Virus record (IMG/VR): IMGVR_UViG_3300017963_000205
Source of the DNA: an uncultured virus (IMG/VR IMGVR_UViG_3300017963_000205)
Taxonomy: Duplodnaviria > Heunggongvirae > Uroviricota > Caudoviricetes
Length of the DNA: 64,000 nt
Direction: 5' to 3' (one strand)
Of this stretch, positions 45,676 to 54,274 are shown piece by piece (position 1 is the first letter of the stretch; each line of letters opens with the position of its first letter). Position numbers and translations under genes: made by a program. Under the pieces are notes generated by a model. The model searched no databases, had not been told where the DNA came from, and saw only the letters and a list, made by a program, of their open reading frames with translations.

Positions 45676-46133
45676 TGGCTGATGTCTTCAATTCTCGAAC
45701 CGGATACGTGGCCGTGGTGCCCGGACAGGCCGTCATTCCGGGCCGTGTCAAGATCAGCGGTTTCGATCCCACGGCCGCGCTGATCGAGAGTGTCAACTAC
45801 AACCAGCGCACCAATCAGCAGTTCCAGTACGCGCTGGACGGGTCGGTTTACATCTACGTCTTTGGCGACGAGATGGGCGATGTGGCCGTCAAGGGCATGA
45901 TTCTGCCGATCCTGTGCACGGGTCAATCGACCGGGATGAAGGAAGTGCTGGATTTCTATGCCCAGAATAGGGCCTCAAAAAGCCAGGCACTGGTTGAAGT
46001 TAGCATTGGCGATGAGGTGATCTCAGGCTTTCTTACAGGGCTTGGGATCGCAGGCGTGGGTGCCGCCTCGGACCCGATCGCGTTGATCCAGCGGTACAGC
46101 ATGATCATCAACACGCTGCCGAAGACAGATTGA
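45675..46133 (+). CDS. putative baseplate tube-initiator (tube-like) protein
   Basis: 152 aa; QFQYALDGSVYIYVFGDEMGDVAVKG tube-fold-like pattern; position before the hub. Confidence 0.5.
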   Translation: MADVFNSRTGYVAVVPGQAVIPGRVKISGFDPTAALIESVNYNQRTNQQFQYALDGSVYIYVFGDEMGDVAVKGMILPILCTGQSTGMKEVLDFYAQNRASKSQALVEVSIGDEVISGFLTGLGIAGVGAASDPIALIQRYSMIINTLPKTD

Positions 46134-46161
46134 GTAAAGGCCCCACACTAGGCCAAGAAAG

Positions 46162-46179
46162 CTGTGAAAAGTTTCACAG
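46162..46179. promoter_or_regulatory. palindrome resembling a Rex/CRP-type box
   Basis: CTGTGAA-AAGT-TTCACAG, containing TGTGA-N6-TCACA, in an intergenic gap. Confidence 0.35.
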
Positions 46180-46200
46180 GTTTCAGGGAGCTAACCAAAG

Positions 46201-46992
46201 GTGATCAATCACGCACGAACGCTCCTGATGAACGTTAACGGCGCCGCACGGCCGGCCGCCACGTTCTTCCTTGAAGAGTACATCCCGCCCGATTTCGTGG
46301 CGTTGGAGTTGCCAGCCTACATGCAGGACCTTCATGGCCTCCTGTTTGGTCGAGAGCCCGACAATGCCTTTCGGAACTTCCGGGCGTGGCAGTTCATGCG
46401 CGTGCTCCACTCCACCGAGTTCGCGCAGTATGTCACGGACCTGGACGCGCGGTTCACATATCTCAATGACCGCAGCGTGATTGACTCTTCCCAGTCGGCG
46501 CTGATCGAGCCGCTCAACGCGCTGGCCGTAGGCAACTTGTTTGAAATTGGCGACGTGGAGGCCGACGCCACTGTTCCCCAGATGTTGCCCTCATGGCAGC
46601 TCGAAGTGTTGGCGGCCCTGTATGTAAGGTCCACCAACGAACAGTCCGGGCGGCAACAGGACACCACGGTCGTGATCACGGACGGGCTGACCAACATCAT
46701 TCCCATGGCCGGGCAGGCCAACTACGGCGTGCGCATTGCTGCCACACTGAGCCTCCCGGTGGGCGCGAAGTGGCGGATCACGCGGTTGACGTTCCCTGAC
46801 GCGGATCTGACGCAGCTCATTGCGGACCTGGAAGCGGCCGAAGCCTCCGTGGAACGGCTCTTCGGAACTTCTGATCCCTACAAGACCTTCGGCGAGTTAT
46901 GGAACAAGCACGCACTTCTGAGTTACCGCTTGAGCGGGGTTCTGCTGGCTTTTGCCTACAGGGCGGAGGAAGTGAGAGCGGGCGATGGCTGA
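46201..46992 (+). CDS. hypothetical baseplate-region protein
   Basis: GGGAG RBS, GTG start, 263 aa. Confidence 0.55.
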   Translation: MINHARTLLMNVNGAARPAATFFLEEYIPPDFVALELPAYMQDLHGLLFGREPDNAFRNFRAWQFMRVLHSTEFAQYVTDLDARFTYLNDRSVIDSSQSALIEPLNALAVGNLFEIGDVEADATVPQMLPSWQLEVLAALYVRSTNEQSGRQQDTTVVITDGLTNIIPMAGQANYGVRIAATLSLPVGAKWRITRLTFPDADLTQLIADLEAAEASVERLFGTSDPYKTFGELWNKHALLSYRLSGVLLAFAYRAEEVRAGDG

Positions 46993-48574
46993 TCCGGTTG
47001 CCGACTATTACCGTCTGGACATCAGGGCCCGTGCCGAGTTCGACGAGCCGGCCATCGAGATGCCCATCCTTTCCTTCCGGCTGAACTACCGGCTGGACGA
47101 GATCCCCACCGCCGTCATTCGCGTTCCGCTCGGCCGTGACCCGGTCACGGGAACGGTCTCCACGGCGCTGGGAGCGGTCACGAACATTGAAGCCCGAACA
47201 CGCTGTCGCATATACGCTTCGGCGGTTCCAGCCGACGGCAGGGCGGCGCCCCCCAACAAAGATCCAGGCTTCCCCGACGAGGAAACACTCGTTTTTGACG
47301 GGTTCGTGGCCTCGCCCAAGGTCATACGCGGCGTAAAGACCGCTTCGCTTGAGATCTCGCTGTTTGGCATATCAGCCGGATTGGCCGGGTCGACCATGTT
47401 GGTCAACAACGTGACTTTTGCCGAACTGGCCAGCTCCAACAGCCAGATCTCGATCAAGCTGGGCGGCGGCGCGACCGTGGCCAGAGACGTTTTTGCTGCA
47501 CTGGCTCAGCAGCCAATCGAGGACGACCTTTGGGAGATCGGCATCCGGCCCCTCATGGTGGACGCGCTCGCCTCTCTTCCGTCGTGGACCGAGACACTTG
47601 CCAACGACAAGGCGCAGGCCGCGCTCGACCGGATCAACAAGGGTGAGCTGCTTCAGGTCATCCCGTTGAAGCTGTCCGGGTATGGCGCTCCCCTGGAGCT
47701 TTTGCGCGGGGCGATTGCCAGAGCCATGGGCAACCACTTCTACGACGCGTGGGCTTCGGCCAACGGCCAGGGCGACATGTGGGACGCGCTCATGGTCATG
47801 AAGAACCTGTTCCTGTTTCACTTCGTGCCGGCCGTCAACGAGGACGTGTTGGCGCCCCTGACGCCCAATTTGGGAGGGGAGCCGTGGCGCACGATCGATC
47901 CCAACGAATACAACCAGAGCGGCGCGGCCCCGCTTTTCTCCGCGCGCGACTATGCGTACCGGGCCACCGTGGGAATCTATGCACGTACGTTTCGCACGCC
48001 GCAGTGGGACCCCACGAGCGCCGTGGCAACAAAACTGGGCGTGGCATCGATTGCGGAGAGGCTGTCGGGGCAGGGCGGGAGGATACAGCTCATCCAGGCG
48101 CCTCCCTGGCTCATCCCGCCGGGCGCTCAGGCGCGCCACTCCGTGGGGCTGGGTGGCCCCGTGCCGGACGCCTCCAACCCGGACGTCGAGGCCCAGCAAG
48201 TGGCCTACGGCGATGCGATGAACAGATTTCTGGAATCCTCGCTGGGCAATAACGTGGCAGCTACGGACCTCCACGAGAAGCTGTTTGCCCATCGGGGGAG
48301 CATGCCGATCTCGGGGAGGCTCCGCATGGACATTGCCCCGGGAAGCCTTATAAAGATAAACTCGCCCGGGGAGCGTTTTTCGGGCAAGAAGGACGTATTC
48401 TATGGAATGGTCAGCGCCGTTACCATTCAAGTGACGGCGGGGGACGGCGCCGGAGGAGCGGCCGGAACGACGTTGAGCGTTGTTGGCATACGGTCGGAGA
48501 AAGAACATGAGACCGTGACGACCGCGTATCATCCGCTTTATCTGGAAGCCTGGCGAGGCGGGAGGCTTGTGTAA
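46985..48574 (+). CDS. putative baseplate hub protein (gp27-like)
   Basis: N-terminal ..IPTAVI.V..G and ..VFDGFV; C-terminal G.LR.DIAPGSLIKI...FYG.VS.V hub pattern. Confidence 0.5.
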   Translation: MADPVADYYRLDIRARAEFDEPAIEMPILSFRLNYRLDEIPTAVIRVPLGRDPVTGTVSTALGAVTNIEARTRCRIYASAVPADGRAAPPNKDPGFPDEETLVFDGFVASPKVIRGVKTASLEISLFGISAGLAGSTMLVNNVTFAELASSNSQISIKLGGGATVARDVFAALAQQPIEDDLWEIGIRPLMVDALASLPSWTETLANDKAQAALDRINKGELLQVIPLKLSGYGAPLELLRGAIARAMGNHFYDAWASANGQGDMWDALMVMKNLFLFHFVPAVNEDVLAPLTPNLGGEPWRTIDPNEYNQSGAAPLFSARDYAYRATVGIYARTFRTPQWDPTSAVATKLGVASIAERLSGQGGRIQLIQAPPWLIPPGAQARHSVGLGGPVPDASNPDVEAQQVAYGDAMNRFLESSLGNNVAATDLHEKLFAHRGSMPISGRLRMDIAPGSLIKINSPGERFSGKKDVFYGMVSAVTIQVTAGDGAGGAAGTTLSVVGIRSEKEHETVTTAYHPLYLEAWRGGRLV

Positions 48575-49341
48575 TGCCCTGGAACCACAAGACGGGCGTC
48601 AAGCCCAAGCAGACGGAGCCCGAGCCGTCTTCCAGTCTGGATACGGCCTACGACTCGTGGAAGACCGATCCCAGCCCGCAGAACATGGGGCTTGCGCTCA
48701 CTGCGGCCAGCCCCGTCATCAACTCGGCGCTTCGTTCCTACGGCAAGGGCAACCAGGCGTTGAAGGGACGCGCACGCATTCTGGCGGCCAAGGCCATTCA
48801 GAATTACGATCCCCAGAAGGGAACGAAGCTGCGCACCCACATGATGAATCAGATGCAACCGCTGATTCGCAGCGCCCGCCAGTATTCCCAGCCCGTTCAC
48901 ATCCCCGAGCGCGCGCAGGCGGACCTCTATCAGGTTGAGGAGGGCCACCAGCGCTTTTTCGACGAGCACGGCCGGGAGCCTTCCGAGAAGGAACTGGCCG
49001 ATCTGACGGGACTGTCCATAAAGCGGATCGCCCACGTACGGACCTTCCGCAACACGGGGTTGCCTGAGTCGGCGCTAACCCAGCTGGGCGATGAGGGCGA
49101 GGAGCAGTTTCTGCCCGGGATGGAAGAGATGGACTCGGAGCAGATCTACATCGAGTTCATCCATCACGATCTCGATCCGATCGATCAGAAGATCCTTGAG
49201 TGGCGAACCGGTCTTTACGGAAAACCCAAACTGTCCAACAATGAGATCGCCAAGAAGCTGGGGCTGTCGGCAGGTGCCGTCTCCCAGCGCGCGGCGAAGA
49301 TTTCCAAGCGGTTGGCCGCCGGGATGGAAGCGGTCAGATAG
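48574..49341 (+). CDS. sigma-70 family RNA polymerase sigma factor (FliA/WhiG-like layout)
   Basis: Region 2 AIQNYDPQKGTKLRTH; region 3 HGREPSEKELADLTGLS; region 4 LDPIDQKILE...LSNNEIAKKLGLSAGAVSQR. Confidence 0.88.
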   Translation: MPWNHKTGVKPKQTEPEPSSSLDTAYDSWKTDPSPQNMGLALTAASPVINSALRSYGKGNQALKGRARILAAKAIQNYDPQKGTKLRTHMMNQMQPLIRSARQYSQPVHIPERAQADLYQVEEGHQRFFDEHGREPSEKELADLTGLSIKRIAHVRTFRNTGLPESALTQLGDEGEEQFLPGMEEMDSEQIYIEFIHHDLDPIDQKILEWRTGLYGKPKLSNNEIAKKLGLSAGAVSQRAAKISKRLAAGMEAVR

Positions 49342-49350
49342 GAGGGCATC

Positions 49351-49737
49351 ATGAACCCGCATCTATACCTTTTGAAGCAGGCTGTCATTGGCGTGGGCGT
49401 GCGCCCGGAGGCTTTGCAGACAGTCATTCCCCACAGGCGCCTGGGGATGAGCCTCGGATTTCCACATCTGATTGGGGTCGATTACGATCTTAGACGCAAC
49501 CCCGACGAGCCGGGTTGGCGTGTGGCTCCGGGGCTCGGGCTGTCAGGCCCTTACATCTCTGCGTCGTACAAGCAGCCGATGTCGCCTGAAATGCGGCGCA
49601 TGAAGGAGAAGCAGCTGGCCAACTGGGAGCTTAAGCGCGGGCGGAAGAAGACGCCCGAAGAGCGCGCGCAGGAAAAGCCCTCGGAGGAGAAGCCCAAAGA
49701 GCCCGAGAAGAAAGAGCCTGAAAAGAAGGAAGAGTAA
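49351..49737 (+). CDS. small protein with HLYLLKQA leader
   Basis: GGAGG RBS; MNPHLYLLKQA; charged EKP/KKE tail. Confidence 0.6.
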   Translation: MNPHLYLLKQAVIGVGVRPEALQTVIPHRRLGMSLGFPHLIGVDYDLRRNPDEPGWRVAPGLGLSGPYISASYKQPMSPEMRRMKEKQLANWELKRGRKKTPEERAQEKPSEEKPKEPEKKEPEKKEE

Positions 49738-50174
49738 TGGCCGAACTGGACGAACAAACCCAGAAGGTGATCGAGTATCTGGTTCAGAACCAGAAGCTCG
49801 TTGGGGAGGCCATGGCCGCCGGAGGCCCCCGTCCGTGGCAGGACTTCTTTGAGGTCTTCGACGTTGACCGGTTCAATTTCGAAGGCATGGCTCAGGTGTT
49901 CAGCCGTGAGGCAGCCAACGCCCGCTACGAAGCGCTTTTTGTTAACGACGGGCTGGCCAAGGAGGTTCAGGCACTCAAGCACTGCGCGGACATCCTGGCG
50001 GCTTTTGAGAGGGACCATCGCATGCGCACGCGCACGCGCGTGCGGATGTTCGTGCACGGGGCCTCGCGTAACGCAGGGCACGGGCTGCCCAACGGGCCGC
50101 TCAAGCGCAACTCGATCGGTTACGTGACGCGCGTGCTGGGCGAGGACAAGAAGCAGAAGGAGCCTGCTTCATGA
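49737..50174 (+). CDS. hypothetical protein
   Basis: TAATG-coupled 145 aa ORF. Confidence 0.55.
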   Translation: MAELDEQTQKVIEYLVQNQKLVGEAMAAGGPRPWQDFFEVFDVDRFNFEGMAQVFSREAANARYEALFVNDGLAKEVQALKHCADILAAFERDHRMRTRTRVRMFVHGASRNAGHGLPNGPLKRNSIGYVTRVLGEDKKQKEPAS

Positions 50175-50641
50175 GCACCGACTACACGGGACGCTCAGTG
50201 GACCTACTGATCTTCCAGGGGCTGCAGCCCGCCGGGGAGGCACAGGTCACGCTCGCCATCGGTGACGCGGGCGAGGTCGTGACGGGCATCCAGAAGCTCG
50301 CGCAGAGCTTCACGTCGATCTTTCTGACGGACGTGGGTTCGATTCACCATGATCCCACGGTGGGGACGACGTTTGTGGAAGCCATGCGGCAGGGCCGGCT
50401 TCAGGACGAATCGGACCTCAAGAACGAATTCGCGCTGGCCGTCGAAAGCGTGCGGCAGCAATTGGCGCTGGGCATAGACGCGGCGAACCCTCCGCCGGAC
50501 GATGAGATCTTCGCGTCGGCCGAACTCAGCAGTTTCAACATGGATCAGGGCGCGTCGAAAATCACGCTGATCGTGCGGTTGACTTCGGCTGCGGGAGAGT
50601 CACGAGAGGTGATCATGCCGGTTTCTCTGGCCATAAAATGA
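50171..50641 (+). CDS. baseplate wedge protein (gp25-like)
   Basis: TGIQKLAQ.F..IFLT..GS...DP..GT.F pattern; upstream of the baseplate J-like gene. Confidence 0.65.
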   Translation: MSTDYTGRSVDLLIFQGLQPAGEAQVTLAIGDAGEVVTGIQKLAQSFTSIFLTDVGSIHHDPTVGTTFVEAMRQGRLQDESDLKNEFALAVESVRQQLALGIDAANPPPDDEIFASAELSSFNMDQGASKITLIVRLTSAAGESREVIMPVSLAIK

Positions 50642-50704
50642 GTGCTACAAAGTGTTACCATGAAGTGGTGAAGCACTCTTTTACGGCTCCTACAGGAGGA
50701 AGGC

Positions 50705-50995
50705 ATGAGTAACAACGAAGAAATACCCAAGTGGGAGCGCCCCGAGATCAAACGGCGCAACCACTACATCGCCCTGGCGGCGATTGCATTTGCGGTCGTG
50801 TTTTTCTGGCCGCGCAGCAAACCGGAACTGCCGCCTCACATGATGCGGCCTCCGGCGCAGGCGCAGGCGCAGTCGAAGTCGCAGGTAAGCCCGGAGTTGT
50901 TGCTGCAACGGGACGATTACCTGTTGAAGAAGATCGAGCATCTGGAGGAACGTGTACGGCTGATTGACGGCAAACAGGCATATAGCGTGCCGTGA
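50705..50995 (+). CDS. small membrane protein
   Basis: AGGAGG RBS; single TM segment YIALAAIAFAVVFFW, then a coiled-coil-like tail. Confidence 0.6.
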   Translation: MSNNEEIPKWERPEIKRRNHYIALAAIAFAVVFFWPRSKPELPPHMMRPPAQAQAQSKSQVSPELLLQRDDYLLKKIEHLEERVRLIDGKQAYSVP

Positions 50996-51013
50996 GCCAA
51001 GGCTGTACAATGT

Positions 51014-51043
51014 GAAGAGGCGCCGCAGGACTGGCGCTTCTTC
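51014..51043 (+). terminator. stem-loop, possible terminator
   Basis: GAAGAGGCGCC-8 nt-GGCGCTTCTTC after the membrane-protein gene. Confidence 0.4.
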
Positions 51044-51063
51044 TTAGCTATCAGGAGCTTGCG

Positions 51064-52719
51064 ATGGCCGCACCCTCGATCACATCCATAAATGATTTGG
51101 ATTCGGACGCGATTGCGCAGGCCGAAGAATTCCTGAAGACCTTCCTGGCCGAAGAGTACCCGTCGATGGATCTCACGGAGGGCCGGGTCTTCCGTGATCT
51201 GGTGATCCGGGTGGCCGGGATCTTCCATACGCTCAACAACGCCAACCTGGATCTGGAGCGGCGCTCACACTCGCTTCAGGCCATCAACGCGGACCCCACG
51301 CTCGCTGACGACGACATCGTCGACGAGGTGCTGTCGAACTTCCTGATCACGCGCTCGACGGGCACGAAGTCCACGGGCCAGATCACGATCATCATCAGCG
51401 CGAACCTGACCACCTCCATTCAGCAGGGTACGCTCTTCACGGCCAACGGGCTCAACTACACGAACACGCAGACCTACATCGGCGTGACGGAGCAGGAGGC
51501 CGTCGTCTCCGACCAGCAGCGGCTGATTGAGCTTCGCTCCGACGGGACCTACGCCTTCACGATTCCGGTGGAGGCCGAGGAGACCGGCAGCGCCTACCAG
51601 GCCCGGCGCAACACGCGCTTCACCATGTCGCCCGCGCCGGGCAATCTGATTGACGCCGTGGCTGCCGAGGACTTCACCGAGGGCATCGACACCGAGACCA
51701 ACCAGGAGCTGGTTGCCAAGCTGGCCGACGGCGTGACGCCTTCGGTCTTCTCCGGCCGGGCCCAGATCGAAGCGCTCATCAAGGACACGGTCACCGAGAC
51801 CATAGCCGTCTCCACAACCGGCTTCGGTGACGCGGAGATGCTGCGGGACCGACACAACCTCTTCGAGATCGCTTACGGCGGCAAGGCAGACGTATGGGCG
51901 AAGACCCGGACCCTTCCCGAATCGATCTCAATTGAGGTCGAAGCCACGCTGGTCGACGCCGACCTGAAGGTTTTCCAGTTCAGCATCGGGCGGGACGTGG
52001 CCCCGGGCTTCTACCTCGTGGAGGGCGTCTTCCCCACGGACGCGCCCGAGGATTACGGCTCCCTTGAGATCACGGCCGAGACGCGGTCGCTGGATCTCAG
52101 CCAGGACTCCAACGAGTTCGTGCCCACGGTGGCCAACATCATCGAGGGCGCCTACTCCCGCTACCAGACCTCGATCGTGCAGTTCAAGGCTCCCGACGTG
52201 GACGTCACCGGCATGACCGAGAACGTCTCCAAGGAAACATTCAACGTCAACGTGCTTTACCTGCCTGACATCAAGACCTTGCAGGAGAGGGCCGTGGACC
52301 GGGACACGCGCAACCCGCAGGCCGACTACCTCGTGCGCGCGCCCGTGCCCGCGTTCGTGGCGCTCAGCTTGAAGGTGCAGTACCAGTCCTCCGGCGAAGC
52401 GCCCGACGCCTCGGCCATCAAGCAGGCCATCGCCGACCGCGTCAACGGAAGGGGGTTTGATACGGGCCGGCTTCCGGCCTCGATCGTTCATGACGCCGCA
52501 CACAACGCCGCTGGCGCGAATATCATTGCCGTCTCGCCGCTGGACTTCTTCTGCCAGATCCGACGCCCGGACGGCACGGTGGTCACGCTGCGCGACCCTG
52601 ACGGCATCACGGTGCCCGACGAGCCCGAGCTTGGCGTCACGAACCGGACCACGATTTTCTTTTTGGAAGTGGAAGACATCGACGTTGCCCTTGAGCCCGT
52701 CCCGGCCTTGCCCGTGTGA
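51064..52719 (+). CDS. baseplate J/gp6-like wedge protein
   Basis: YP..DL.EG.VFRDLVI, NF.I.R..G.K..G.I.I, V.A...G..Y and F..G.D.ETN.EL patterns of baseplate J-like proteins. Confidence 0.75.
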   Translation: MAAPSITSINDLDSDAIAQAEEFLKTFLAEEYPSMDLTEGRVFRDLVIRVAGIFHTLNNANLDLERRSHSLQAINADPTLADDDIVDEVLSNFLITRSTGTKSTGQITIIISANLTTSIQQGTLFTANGLNYTNTQTYIGVTEQEAVVSDQQRLIELRSDGTYAFTIPVEAEETGSAYQARRNTRFTMSPAPGNLIDAVAAEDFTEGIDTETNQELVAKLADGVTPSVFSGRAQIEALIKDTVTETIAVSTTGFGDAEMLRDRHNLFEIAYGGKADVWAKTRTLPESISIEVEATLVDADLKVFQFSIGRDVAPGFYLVEGVFPTDAPEDYGSLEITAETRSLDLSQDSNEFVPTVANIIEGAYSRYQTSIVQFKAPDVDVTGMTENVSKETFNVNVLYLPDIKTLQERAVDRDTRNPQADYLVRAPVPAFVALSLKVQYQSSGEAPDASAIKQAIADRVNGRGFDTGRLPASIVHDAAHNAAGANIIAVSPLDFFCQIRRPDGTVVTLRDPDGITVPDEPELGVTNRTTIFFLEVEDIDVALEPVPALPV

Positions 52720-52727
52720 GGTGAGTG

Positions 52728-53990
52728 ATGGATCACGCCAAATACCTCATGGACTGTGCCATGCAGAAGGATGCAAAGGTCATCCTGAGCATTCCCAACC
52801 CGTGGGGGCCAGAAGGCAAAAGCGATCTGGTCACGATCGGAACGCCCGATCCTGAAGGGCCGCCACTCTCTCCAGAAGAGGAGCAGTTGGCGATTGAAGA
52901 AGGGCGCAAGGCTCTGGCCAGACGGCTGAACGTGACGCCTTTCCTGACGGGCTCGATGGCCATGGGCACACACGTGCCCGGCTCCGTGGATCTGGACTAC
53001 ACGGTCCCGCTGAAGTCCAAAGCCAAGATGCTGACGATGGCCGAGCGCTTGCGGCGGCATGAAGAGTTCAAGGCGTCGCCCTATCACCCCGAGTCCGGGG
53101 ACTACCAGATCTTCACGTGGCACCGGAAGGGCAAGCTGCCCATTGATGTCGCATTGATGTACGGCGACAAGGCGCAGAAGTACAAGGCCGCCGTTCGGGC
53201 TGCGAGGGCGAAGCTGACGCCCGAGCGGCAGGAGCAGATCCGCAAGGAGAAGGAGGCGCTTCAAAAGGCTTGGTTCCTGCGCCAGAGCCGCTACCGCAAG
53301 TACAAGCGGAAGCTGGACGAGGAGTTGGGCATCGCGCAGGCGCGCGTGACCAGTGAGCCTTTGGACAAGGCCGCGCTTGCTCCGGCAGAGACCGAGGCGC
53401 CGGAGAAGCCGGAGATGCCCAACGGCGAGGAGACGGCGCGCCTTCAAAAGCGCGTTCGGGAAATGCTCTCCCGCCAATCGGGTTTCGCACACCGAACGAC
53501 CAACCTGGCGCCGCTGCTCGAATCCGGCCAGCAACTGACGGCCGAGCAGGCTGCGCGCAAGGGGCTGCTCAAATCCGTCGAGGAAACCAAGGGCTTCCGG
53601 GGCCGGGCGAAGTTCGATCCCGAGAAGCACAAGCAGCTGCGCAAGGAGCTGTTTGGCACCGAAGGCGGCATCATGCCTGCAGGTAAGGACTACGGACAAT
53701 ACGGCCTGATCCGATACTCCCGGTCCAAGACGCCTTCGGCCTACTTCAATTTGGTGCCCGGGGAGGTTGTCTCGCCTCGGAACACGGGCATGAAGAGCGC
53801 CATCTATGTCGTGCCAAAGGAAGAGCTGGCCGAGTGGCGCACGAAGTACCCGGACAAGCAGTTCCTGGCCAATGAGGACATGCCCGAGGACCTGGTGCTG
53901 CCCAACAGGCGGGTCATACACCTGCCCGTGCGCGCCGTCAGGCAGCTGAAAAATCTGTTGCTGATGAAACCGACAGGATTGGTGGGATGA
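52728..53990 (+). CDS. nucleotidyltransferase domain plus putative ADP-ribosyltransferase-like domain
   Basis: pol-beta-type LTGS.A.GT..PG.VDLDY and later IDV; after DKAA a second domain starts FAHRTTNLAPLLESG.LT, resembling the His-strand of ART folds. Confidence 0.6.
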   Translation: MDHAKYLMDCAMQKDAKVILSIPNPWGPEGKSDLVTIGTPDPEGPPLSPEEEQLAIEEGRKALARRLNVTPFLTGSMAMGTHVPGSVDLDYTVPLKSKAKMLTMAERLRRHEEFKASPYHPESGDYQIFTWHRKGKLPIDVALMYGDKAQKYKAAVRAARAKLTPERQEQIRKEKEALQKAWFLRQSRYRKYKRKLDEELGIAQARVTSEPLDKAALAPAETEAPEKPEMPNGEETARLQKRVREMLSRQSGFAHRTTNLAPLLESGQQLTAEQAARKGLLKSVEETKGFRGRAKFDPEKHKQLRKELFGTEGGIMPAGKDYGQYGLIRYSRSKTPSAYFNLVPGEVVSPRNTGMKSAIYVVPKEELAEWRTKYPDKQFLANEDMPEDLVLPNRRVIHLPVRAVRQLKNLLLMKPTGLVG

Positions 53991-54274
53991 TGGATTGTCA
54001 CCTGTTTCTGATCAAAGAGGCTACGAAGGGTCCTAAGTGGGAGACCCTCAAAAAGAACAAGGTCAAGCTCACGCCCGAAGAGCGCAAGCAGGTCATGGAT
54101 GCCAAGGCTGTCTGGCACCATGGGCCCAACGGCGAGGCAACGCCGGCAGTGGGCAAGGCGGTCGTTGACGGGAAGACGTGGTACGAGACGCACACGCACA
54201 GGGCTTACAATGTTCGGCCCACGCTGAAGGGTGCGATAAGCCGCTACCACAAGTTCATTAAGGGAACGGCATGA
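53987..54274 (+). CDS. small basic His/Trp-containing protein with HLFLIKEA leader
   Basis: MMDCHLFLIKEA; AVWHHG and THRAY motifs. Confidence 0.6.
   Translation: MMDCHLFLIKEATKGPKWETLKKNKVKLTPEERKQVMDAKAVWHHGPNGEATPAVGKAVVDGKTWYETHTHRAYNVRPTLKGAISRYHKFIKGTA

Noticed and set aside
51006..51011. TACAAT -10-like box upstream of the baseplate J-like gene
   Set aside because: No credible -35 or TGn extension at the proper spacing; too weak to call
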